From the IMG/VR virus record IMGVR_UViG_3300049215_000772, positions 64,001-128,000 of that record: DNA of 64,000 nt; one strand, written 5' to 3'. The notes under the pieces were generated by a model, which did no database searches, was not told the origin of the DNA, and worked only from the letters and a program-made list of their open reading frames with translations. This stretch comes from a virus (Duplodnaviria > Heunggongvirae > Uroviricota > Caudoviricetes). Both the position numbers and the translations under genes were made by a program. Below, piece after piece: positions 8,354 through 16,259 of this stretch (position 1 is its first letter; the number at the start of each line of letters is the position of its first letter).

Positions 8354-9412
8354 ATGAAGAAAGTATTCACGACGGGCCTGTTGATTTTTGCGATGTTGTT
8401 CCTGGCATCTGCTGATGTGCAGGCGCAGCGGAGCTACAGCAGCAGGTCGTCAAGTTTCAGCAGCAAACCTTCATCTACATCTGGTAGTAGCTTCGGCAGA
8501 ACCTACAGCAGTGGCGGCAAGTCTGTCACGCAATCCAGTGGGAAGTCGTATTCCAATGGGCCGAAGCAATCTTCCGGCCCGGCTGCAACATCGCCTAGCG
8601 GGAGAACATTTTCTACTGGTTCGCCCCCGGCGAAGGTCGCCCCGGCCCAGCCATCAACTCCCCCGGCCTCGAAGTACACCAACGGTCCTCCGAAGACTGG
8701 ACCGCCAGCGGCCTCGAATAACAGCAGCAAGCCGGCGAGCAAGGGTTGGAACCCTGGTTTGAGCGCAGCGGCGCAGAAGGAGCAAAGCAGGCAGGCGTAT
8801 CAGAAGGCCACGCAGCCGGCAGCGACACCGAAGCCCACTTACAGATCGTCTACGGGCGTGGAGAAGCCACTGAACCCGCAGGCTCCGCAAGTGCAAACTG
8901 TTCGCCGCTATGTTACGCACGAGCGCTATGTCACTTACGAACACAGGGCCACGGTTTTCTATGGACCGTATTATGCCCACCCGGTATACTACAACGACTG
9001 GTACAGCCCTTTCATCATGGGTTACTTGCTCTCGGCGTCGGTGAATGCCAACGAGCGTGCTTATTGGGTCTACTGCCATCGAGCAGACATGGACCAGGCT
9101 CGCTACAATGAATTGTTGGCGAAAGATGCCGAGTTGTCGGCCCGGCTGAGGGTTTTGGAGAACAAGCAGGCTGCTGTCGATCCCAATTTCGTCTTGCCGA
9201 GCATGAGGGATAACCCGGACTTGCAGTACAGTCACGATTTTGTGACGGCGACCTACAATCCGCAATCTGTTCCGCCTGCTGGCGGCGGCGATGATGGGGA
9301 AGAACACGATCACAGTGGCGTCGGCCACTTCTTCTTCTGGTTCTTCGTGGTGATTTTGATCCTGGGCGTGGTTGCCTTGTTCGTGTGGCTGATGTTCGTC
9401 AAGGAATGGTAA
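8354..9412 (+). CDS. secreted, C-terminally membrane-anchored Ser/Gly/Pro-rich protein
   Basis: signal peptide MKKVFTTGLLIFAMLFLASADVQA, low-complexity region, Tyr-rich domain, C-terminal TM; GGAGG RBS. Confidence 0.8.
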   Translation: MKKVFTTGLLIFAMLFLASADVQAQRSYSSRSSSFSSKPSSTSGSSFGRTYSSGGKSVTQSSGKSYSNGPKQSSGPAATSPSGRTFSTGSPPAKVAPAQPSTPPASKYTNGPPKTGPPAASNNSSKPASKGWNPGLSAAAQKEQSRQAYQKATQPAATPKPTYRSSTGVEKPLNPQAPQVQTVRRYVTHERYVTYEHRATVFYGPYYAHPVYYNDWYSPFIMGYLLSASVNANERAYWVYCHRADMDQARYNELLAKDAELSARLRVLENKQAAVDPNFVLPSMRDNPDLQYSHDFVTATYNPQSVPPAGGGDDGEEHDHSGVGHFFFWFFVVILILGVVALFVWLMFVKEW

Positions 9413-9443
9413 CGGCCAACGAAGAACCTATTGAGGAGCAACG

Positions 9444-10130
9444 ATGAAGCTGTATGAATTGATTCTGAGGAAGATTGGGTGGTGGCCGAAAGACCCGCCC
9501 TTGGAGGCGAAGGTTTACAATCCCGTCTCCGAGAAGGCTGACAAGCCTTGTAAGGTCGGGTCCGCCGTGAGTATCGACAATCTGGACTACCGGAAACTTC
9601 AGTTCGTCGTGAAGGAAATCCGTGAAAACAGTGTGTCGATGGGCGGTGGGTTGAACAAGTTCACCGACTACGCTCTCCAGGCCAGGAACGGCAGCGGTGG
9701 GGACGTTTGGGTTCGCCTGCGTCTCATTCCTGATCCAGACACAACCACCAGGTTGTCGCATCGGGCTATTGTGCTGTCCTTGTACGACGAGATGGCCTAC
9801 AACGAGGGGCTTCACGGCGTTGTGAAGGATGAATCCGGCAAGTTCGTTGTGGACGACAAAGATGTTCATGACGAGTTCTGGCGGGTCAACGACGTGAAGA
9901 TGTCGTACACGTCCGATGTAACGTCCATGAAGGACGAAAACAACGATGGGAGGATTGACCCCAATGAAGTGAAGCACGAGCAGGTGGAGTTTTGGGATTT
10001 TTCCAGGATGACTACCATCGAAGGTGTCGAAGTCGAACAGTTCGTCTTCGTCGAAATGAACAAAGAAAACGGGTGGTTCCAAATCTGGAGAGGAACCGAC
10101 ATCAACCCTGAGAGCGTGAGCGTGTACTAA
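9444..10130 (+). CDS. DUF2491/DUF4178-like beta-rich protein (PspA partner)
   Basis: beta-strand-rich sequence (FTDY, EFWDF, GWFQIWRG); position between the anchored protein and PspA. Confidence 0.5.
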   Translation: MKLYELILRKIGWWPKDPPLEAKVYNPVSEKADKPCKVGSAVSIDNLDYRKLQFVVKEIRENSVSMGGGLNKFTDYALQARNGSGGDVWVRLRLIPDPDTTTRLSHRAIVLSLYDEMAYNEGLHGVVKDESGKFVVDDKDVHDEFWRVNDVKMSYTSDVTSMKDENNDGRIDPNEVKHEQVEFWDFSRMTTIEGVEVEQFVFVEMNKENGWFQIWRGTDINPESVSVY

Positions 10131-10161
10131 CTAACCCTTTACAAAGGAAAGCGAGAGAAAA

Positions 10162-11025
10162 ATGACTCCTCTGTTTGCATTCGGATTTTTTGAGATCGGC
10201 ATTGGTGCCCTGATCGTGGTCGGTCTGATCGCCGTGTTCAACTTCCGGGCGCTGAAGCGATTGTTCAGTGCCGGGAGTGTCCAGGTCGGCAAGATCGGAC
10301 GCTGGGCCAGCGAGAAAGACCCCCTGGCCGTGTACCAGGAGCGGATCGACGAGGGCACGGAGAAGATCGCCAAGGGTCGGCAGTTTTTGGGACAGGCGGG
10401 CGGTGAAGTACGGTCGGCCAAGCGGTCGGTGACGGAACTTCAAACCGAAGCCGTTCGCCTCAACAATCGCATCGACACCGCTGAGAAGGCGGGCGATCCC
10501 AACCACACCCTGGAGGGTTACGCCCTCGAACTGGCCGACGTGGAAGAAAAGCTGGGCCACGGGCCGCAGGGCGGCTGGAACTTCGATGGCAAGGAATGCA
10601 AGTTCGTTCAGACCCAGGAATCGCAGTGGTCCACGGAAGACCAGGGCACGGGCGCTCTCGGTCGGTTGTTCCGGGCGCAACTGAGGTTCGACAACTTCAG
10701 TGCCCAAATCCTACAGGGCCAGGAACAGATCGAGACGGCCCGCAAGGAGGCTCGTGACCTTGGTATGGAACTCCAGCAAAGCCAGCACGAGAAGGAAATG
10801 AACGAATTCGCCAACAGCTTCGACCCGTCCAGCTTCGGTTCGGACGACACCCTGAAGGCGGCTCGTGACAAGCTGAAGCAGCAGATCGACGACAACCGTG
10901 GTTCCGGCGATGCCAACGCCGCCCTCAACGTCAAGGCGTCGAGCCGGGCCAAGGATGCCCAACTGGAGCGGTCGGCACGGGCACAGGAAATCCTGGCCCG
11001 CCGCAAGAAGCCGGCTGAGGCGTAA
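10162..11025 (+). CDS. PspA/IM30 (ESCRT-III-like) protein with N-terminal TM
   Basis: DPLAVYQERIDE, long coiled coils, C-terminal ARAQEILARRK. Confidence 0.75.
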   Translation: MTPLFAFGFFEIGIGALIVVGLIAVFNFRALKRLFSAGSVQVGKIGRWASEKDPLAVYQERIDEGTEKIAKGRQFLGQAGGEVRSAKRSVTELQTEAVRLNNRIDTAEKAGDPNHTLEGYALELADVEEKLGHGPQGGWNFDGKECKFVQTQESQWSTEDQGTGALGRLFRAQLRFDNFSAQILQGQEQIETARKEARDLGMELQQSQHEKEMNEFANSFDPSSFGSDDTLKAARDKLKQQIDDNRGSGDANAALNVKASSRAKDAQLERSARAQEILARRKKPAEA

Positions 11026-11053
11026 AACAACAACCAGCCCAAAGGCTGATTTG

Positions 11054-11086
11054 AAGGGCGGGAGTCTCGTACTCCCGCCCTTTTTT
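11054..11086 (+). terminator. rho-independent terminator
   Basis: AAGGGCGGGAGT-CTCGT-ACTCCCGCCCTT followed by a T-run. Confidence 0.9.
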
Positions 11087-11099
11087 CGTTTCCGCATTG

Positions 11100-11106
11100 C
11101 TACATA
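11100..11106 (+). promoter_or_regulatory. putative late promoter box CTACATA
   Basis: immediately after the terminator, 9 nt before ATG 11116. Confidence 0.5.
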
Positions 11107-11115
11107 ATTGGAGCC

Positions 11116-12096
11116 ATGCGAAACTTCTACAGATACCTTTATGAGCGCTCGATTGTCGATCAACAACGGCGCATTGCCTATTTGATGGTGGAACAGGGTG
11201 TCAATCCGTACCGACACATTCAACACTACCTTGATTCTCAGCCTATCAATGAAGGTATTTTTGGCAATTTCTTTCAGCGCATCGGCAACGCCTGGCGTGC
11301 TTTCTGGAAGAACCCCAACCCCGAAGATTCCCCAATCACTCGCCTGGAAACCGCCAAAAAAGCGTTGGGCGAGCTACAACAAATGGTCCAACAAAACCAG
11401 GGAGCCGAGGCCGATGTCCTGGGTACGGTCCTGCGTGGCCTGGAACAATCGCTGACCATCATTAACAAGGTTGAGCCAACCATCCGAGATATGAGCGGTA
11501 GGATGCAGCAGTTTGCCCAGGATGGCATTGCCGGTAACGATCCGATGTACCAGTTGCCAGATGCCCAAAACAAACAATGGCATCAGATTATGGGCGAACT
11601 GGATGCTATCTTGAAGGAACCTGACAGCGAGCAGAAGTTGCAGAAGATTGGGCAGAATAGGGAGAAGTTCCTACAGTTCAAGCAACAGTTGGAGGATGAG
11701 TACCAGAAGATGGCTCCTGATCCTAACAACCAGGACAAAAAGCGTTTGGAGAATTTCTTGAGGCGTATAGATACTGATGCGTCATTCAGGGAAATCGAAG
11801 CGTTGATGGATTTTGCCCGGAGACGTGCAGGCAACACCGGCATGATGGTCGTCAAGCCTCAAGGCTATGAGGAAGTAATTGCTGCGTGGCGGCAGATTGC
11901 AAGAACAACGAGGGATGAGAATCAACAACGGGCACAATTGATAGCCTGGTACAACAAGCTACCCGCAAACCATCGCATCAGACAATTCATTCAAGGTGAG
12001 ATGCAAAATGTACCAGGGAAAAATGAGGCCGACTTGTTCTATGATTATGCTCATCAGTGGATAAATAAGTACGCTCATCACTTAACGGGAATGTAG
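11116..12096 (+). CDS. alpha-helical Gln-rich protein, candidate internal virion protein
   Basis: MRNFYRYLYE N-terminus; INE/G site. Confidence 0.75.
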   Translation: MRNFYRYLYERSIVDQQRRIAYLMVEQGVNPYRHIQHYLDSQPINEGIFGNFFQRIGNAWRAFWKNPNPEDSPITRLETAKKALGELQQMVQQNQGAEADVLGTVLRGLEQSLTIINKVEPTIRDMSGRMQQFAQDGIAGNDPMYQLPDAQNKQWHQIMGELDAILKEPDSEQKLQKIGQNREKFLQFKQQLEDEYQKMAPDPNNQDKKRLENFLRRIDTDASFREIEALMDFARRRAGNTGMMVVKPQGYEEVIAAWRQIARTTRDENQQRAQLIAWYNKLPANHRIRQFIQGEMQNVPGKNEADLFYDYAHQWINKYAHHLTGM

Positions 12097-12103
12097 AGGT
12101 AAT

Positions 12104-12532
12104 ATGGACGATTTTCAGTACAAACTCAAACGAATTTTGTTCGAGGCCGAAGAAGCGGAACTAACACCCATTGGTGCGCCCGACAAATTCAACATCGGCC
12201 ATCACGATACCGGCATGAAGAAAGCCGGCGAGAGTGGTGCTGCTTCCGAGGTTATTCAAAAGCATTTGGAGGCTCAGGCTTTCGAGTTTAAGAAGCTGAA
12301 AACGGCTTATGATGAGTTGGTGAAAACCGTCAATGAAGTCTTCAGCAAGTTGGGTACTTATGGCATCGAAGACAAGGGCTTCATGAAGGGCAAGATGCAG
12401 CCGATGGCCGTACCGCCTCATCTTCAGCAGCAGGGTCAGCCTTCTGGCGCTTCTACAGCACAAGCTATGGGTCAAAGTGCTTTCCGCCAGAGAATGCAGA
12501 CGCCGATCACCCCCAACGTGGACGATCTATAA
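12104..12532 (+). CDS. hypothetical protein, candidate internal virion protein
   Basis: GAGG RBS; MDDFQYKLKRILFE/AEE. Confidence 0.7.
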   Translation: MDDFQYKLKRILFEAEEAELTPIGAPDKFNIGHHDTGMKKAGESGAASEVIQKHLEAQAFEFKKLKTAYDELVKTVNEVFSKLGTYGIEDKGFMKGKMQPMAVPPHLQQQGQPSGASTAQAMGQSAFRQRMQTPITPNVDDL

Positions 12533-12540
12533 GGAGCAAA

Positions 12541-13275
12541 ATGAAGAAGAAAACCATTACAGAAGCAGACGCCCCAGCAGCCGCTCCGACGACCACGAAC
12601 ATTGGTCAGGAGTTTGCACAGGCGAAGAAGACCATCGGTGCTTTCTTGTCGAAGTTGGGACAGGCTTTCAACGAGTACGAAACTCGTCTCGGTCGTTTGA
12701 ACATGGCGTTGCAGCGTCAGATGGCTCCTTTGGCTGCCGGTGCCCAGGGCGCTTCCGACCGCATCAAGCAGTTGGAAGACGATTACGCAAAGCTGGAGCA
12801 GGACAGTGCCGAGGCTCTACGGAAGGCCAACGAAACGATTACAGATTTGAAGCGTCAATTGAAGGACGCTATGGCTTCTGGTTCTTCCCAGGGCGAGCAG
12901 TTGCGCATGGCGAATCAGGAACTTCAGCGTGCCGAGCAGACAATTGCCGACAAGCAGCAGGCCATTGAAGCCTATATCGAGAGGCTTTCCAAAGCTAAGG
13001 ATCGTATCCGGGCTGCTGCCGGTGCCCACGAGACTGACCGTGTTCAGTGGAACCAGCAGATGGATGCTTACGAGCAGCAGATCGACGAGTTGCGGAAGAA
13101 GAACGAAGAATTGGTGAAGCTGGCAGATGACGCTGTGGCTCGCTTCAACGAACTTTTGGCTGGTACTACAAGAACCGTAGACCAGGCGCACACGAAGCAC
13201 TATGGAGGCTTCGACCTCAAGGAACACCTGGAGAGGGCACGGAAGAAACAAGGGGTCACGGAAACTTGGTTCTGA
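12541..13275 (+). CDS. long coiled-coil protein, candidate internal virion protein
   Basis: AAGGAG RBS; MKKKTITE/AD; heptad-rich. Confidence 0.75.
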   Translation: MKKKTITEADAPAAAPTTTNIGQEFAQAKKTIGAFLSKLGQAFNEYETRLGRLNMALQRQMAPLAAGAQGASDRIKQLEDDYAKLEQDSAEALRKANETITDLKRQLKDAMASGSSQGEQLRMANQELQRAEQTIADKQQAIEAYIERLSKAKDRIRAAAGAHETDRVQWNQQMDAYEQQIDELRKKNEELVKLADDAVARFNELLAGTTRTVDQAHTKHYGGFDLKEHLERARKKQGVTETWF

Positions 13276-13317
13276 TGTAATATATACCGAACCAAGACGG
13301 GATAGGACATCGTGGAT

Positions 13318-13355
13318 AGAGGGGAGTTGTCAGATGGCAACTCCCCTCTCTTTTT
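13318..13355 (+). terminator. rho-independent terminator
   Basis: AGAGGGGAGTTG-N8-CAACTCCCCTCT-C-TTTTT. Confidence 0.85.
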
Positions 13356-13366
13356 GCGCTGGGAGG

Positions 13367-13373
13367 CTATATA
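13367..13373 (+). promoter_or_regulatory. putative late promoter box CTATATA
   Basis: 5 nt before ATG 13379; forms the loop of a GGAGG/CCTTC hairpin. Confidence 0.5.
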
Positions 13374-13378
13374 CCTTC

Positions 13379-13597
13379 ATGTTCCAGAAATTTGCAGAAT
13401 GGTTGAAGGTTCGAGAAACCACAGCTTTTACTCGATTAAGACGTGATTCAGCCAAGGGCTTGAAACCGCCTATTGCGGATTTTGACTCCCATTCCACTCC
13501 ATCTTGGGGTGGCGATTGGGAGCGCAAACAATTGGTGAAACATTTCAATGCTTCTCACAAGAAGCACAAACACAAGAAGGATGAAGACGATGAATGA
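13379..13597 (+). CDS. small protein, MFQKFAEWLKVRE N-terminus
   Basis: start moved to ATG after the terminator and late box. Confidence 0.6.
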   Translation: MFQKFAEWLKVRETTAFTRLRRDSAKGLKPPIADFDSHSTPSWGGDWERKQLVKHFNASHKKHKHKKDEDDE

Positions 13598-13997
13598 CAT
13601 GAAAACTTTCAGCGAATGGCGGAAGGGCCGTCCTGCCATGCGCAAACCAAGAAAGCCATCGGTGAAGAATCCATCTATTGACGCCTTCGTGAAGTCCGTG
13701 GATAGTTTGAAGAAGGATATGGATCAGCTTGATGCGGTTGAGAAGAAAGTCAAGCCGAAGCCGGAAGGGAAACCAGAAGAAAAACCGGACGACAAGAAAG
13801 CCTTCAACAGCTTCAAAGATTACAAGAAGAAGCGTGATTCCGAAGAAGGAAAGAATCAGGATGAGGAAGAAGACGATGATGAAGAAGGGCAGCAGCTTCC
13901 TGATGAGCCTGTAGAGCGGCCTCGTGTGTTGCCCAAGGCACCAGTGTTGCGACAAAAACTTCGCCGTCCAGTCAATCCCGAAGGAATGGAAGATTGA
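13590..13997 (+). CDS. highly charged protein, (MND)MKTFSEWRK N-terminus
   Basis: overlaps the previous stop; Lys-rich then acidic. Confidence 0.7.
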   Translation: MNDMKTFSEWRKGRPAMRKPRKPSVKNPSIDAFVKSVDSLKKDMDQLDAVEKKVKPKPEGKPEEKPDDKKAFNSFKDYKKKRDSEEGKNQDEEEDDDEEGQQLPDEPVERPRVLPKAPVLRQKLRRPVNPEGMED

Positions 13998-14057
13998 AAT
14001 TTGTTGCTGGCTTTCTACCTTGGATTTAGTGATATAATTCCCTTGTAAGGAGATGTC

Positions 14058-14531
14058 ATGCCAGACGAAATTAACCTGGCGGACGCACTGCTGGAGGATT
14101 GTGATAACCTCCTGATAGTGACACCCGAACTCAAGATCAGAGCCGCCAAGGATCAGAAGGAACACACGGAAGTCGTTGTTGCTTCTGAACGGACCTTCCT
14201 CATTGTTGTAGCCGTCCACAAAGATAAGTCACGGAATACCATCAACCGGATTTCCTGCAAGCGAGGCGTTCCGATTGGGGGTTATGTTTATGATGCGCAG
14301 TCGGAAGCCTACTCCTACGAGTGCAGCGATTACGCCATGATCGGCTATCTTCCTGTTTCATTCATTATGCGGGTCCAGGGTTCCTCGTGGCAGGTGCGAG
14401 TGCCCATGTGCGAATCTGTTCTGAAGAAGTTCATGACTAGCCTTCAGAAGCGGGAATTGAAGAATTTCAAGAACCACTTCAAGCCGGAAGACTATCACAT
14501 TGAATTCATTCAGATGATCGACCCGAACTGA
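14058..14531 (+). CDS. hypothetical protein
   Basis: AAGGAG RBS, 157 aa. Confidence 0.75.
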   Translation: MPDEINLADALLEDCDNLLIVTPELKIRAAKDQKEHTEVVVASERTFLIVVAVHKDKSRNTINRISCKRGVPIGGYVYDAQSEAYSYECSDYAMIGYLPVSFIMRVQGSSWQVRVPMCESVLKKFMTSLQKRELKNFKNHFKPEDYHIEFIQMIDPN

Positions 14532-15001
14532 TGAACAAAGTGCGGCGCAAGAATTTCCGAGAAAACATAAACCAGGACGACTACTGGATGGGCCTAGCCT
14601 TCTGGATCGCCGCTGGCAGCCGGAACCCGACAAATCCCCAGGGGGCGGTGATTGTTGGGCCGCAGGGGAATTTATTGGCCCAGGGTTTTGACTGTCCGCC
14701 CAAGTGCATGTACGACGGCGAGTACATGCGTCCCGCTGAGAAGGCGGCGATTCAGGACACTAGGTTCGTCATTTTTACCGGATCGACCCTTTACACAACC
14801 CACACACCTTCGGCGGAAGCGATTCTCGATGTTGTTGCCGCCGACATCAAGCGTGTTGTTTATTTCCCAACACAGCCTCTCAGTCCAGCCGCACAAGAAA
14901 TTATCCAGCAAGCCTACGGACAGGTTCAGGAGTTCCGGGGGAATCTAAGCTGGATGCGAGATCATATTTCAGTCCTCAAGTCCCTGGGCGTATTTTCATG
15001 A
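14531..15001 (+). CDS. dCMP deaminase/ComEB-fold protein lacking zinc ligands (probably inactive)
   Basis: DYWMGLAF..A..S, GAVIV, G(F)D, LYTTH-P framework, but HAE reads PAE and PCxxC reads PSAEA. Confidence 0.75.
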   Translation: MNKVRRKNFRENINQDDYWMGLAFWIAAGSRNPTNPQGAVIVGPQGNLLAQGFDCPPKCMYDGEYMRPAEKAAIQDTRFVIFTGSTLYTTHTPSAEAILDVVAADIKRVVYFPTQPLSPAAQEIIQQAYGQVQEFRGNLSWMRDHISVLKSLGVFS

Positions 15002-15008
15002 ACGGGGG

Positions 15009-15015
15009 CTAAATA
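15009..15015 (+). promoter_or_regulatory. putative late promoter box CTAAATA
   Basis: 5 nt before ATG 15021 of a virion-type gene. Confidence 0.55.
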
Positions 15016-15020
15016 CGAGT

Positions 15021-16247
15021 ATGACATGCCACAACCTACATTGCTCGTACACTCCTCCCCACGGCTGCCACGAGTGCCCGCCGCCCGGAGTTTGTCCAGA
15101 CTTCACCATCCGTCGTCACGACACCAAACCAGCCTTCAAGGTACATATTGAAGATTGCGATGGTCCGTTCAATATGGATGGGCTAGTGCTGGAAGCGTCT
15201 ATGTGGGCCAGGGGCAGATTGAAGAAGGGTATACAGGCCACGGATAATTTTTTTGCACTCGCTGACAATATCGGGTTTGAGCAGATAATGGTTGGTGATA
15301 TAATAGTCGTGGACCGTCCTCGACTACCCGAACAAATGCTTGTGATCGGTTTTGATGAAGACAACTACCTGGTCGAAGTTCAACGAGGGTATCATGGGAC
15401 TACTCCGCAGTGTTGGAAGAAAGGAACCCATGTACGAATAATCAAGTTCATGGGAGCTACAGCGCAAACCGAGATGGTTTTTCAGGACGTGATTCAGATT
15501 GACGGAACAACTAGAAACGAACTGACCAACAGTTTCCTTGTTTACGAGTGGGGGCCAACAGACACATGCCTGGCGGGTTGCTACTTCTTGGAGTTTAAGT
15601 TGCTCAAGATGATTGATGTGCCGGCCCCAACGCCGCCGCCATCGACTTGTCCGTTCCCCAAAATCATTGGGAATCCTGGCCCACCGCAGCCTTATTGTGC
15701 CTATGGCCCACATCCGGGTGGAACAGTTTTCGGTCCAGCCGGACCTTATGTTCGTGATGGAGAAAGTTACTCCGCAGGGGCTTATGGAATTCCTGGAACT
15801 GATACCCCACCCGTGCCACCAATCCCGATGTCACGGGAAGAAAGGCGTGACGATGAAGTGTTGGAAGATGAATACCGTTACAACCCGGAAGCATTTCCTG
15901 GTCGTGATGGGTCTTTGGATGAGCAGCGAGTCGTGATTCCGCCGCAAACCGGAGGTAATTCGCCTGTGGCTCCGTTGTACCCGGAACCATTGAGTATTGA
16001 CGCAGGAGCGAATCCACAATACTACAATCCGGGAGGCGTGGAACAATTCTACATGCCGCATCTGCCGACAGATGTTCCAAGTTTCACGTCGCCTAGCTGT
16101 ATTACACCAAGTTTTACCAGTCCATCACTCACACCAACGGACTTTGGTTGTGGTCTTGGAGCGGGAGTCGAATGGGTGCGTCGATTCCCGGTGGATGGTG
16201 AAGGATTTTTGATCCATATCACCGACAGCCCAACAGCAGAGTTATAA
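15021..16247 (+). CDS. BppU-like baseplate/tail Ig domain protein with Pro-rich insertion
   Basis: FTIRRHDTKP, YEWGPTDT..G.Y..EFK, RFPVDGEGFLIHI; also a QRGYHGTT tail-type motif. Confidence 0.6.
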   Translation: MTCHNLHCSYTPPHGCHECPPPGVCPDFTIRRHDTKPAFKVHIEDCDGPFNMDGLVLEASMWARGRLKKGIQATDNFFALADNIGFEQIMVGDIIVVDRPRLPEQMLVIGFDEDNYLVEVQRGYHGTTPQCWKKGTHVRIIKFMGATAQTEMVFQDVIQIDGTTRNELTNSFLVYEWGPTDTCLAGCYFLEFKLLKMIDVPAPTPPPSTCPFPKIIGNPGPPQPYCAYGPHPGGTVFGPAGPYVRDGESYSAGAYGIPGTDTPPVPPIPMSREERRDDEVLEDEYRYNPEAFPGRDGSLDEQRVVIPPQTGGNSPVAPLYPEPLSIDAGANPQYYNPGGVEQFYMPHLPTDVPSFTSPSCITPSFTSPSLTPTDFGCGLGAGVEWVRRFPVDGEGFLIHITDSPTAEL

Positions 16248-16259
16248 GGAGATGATGCC

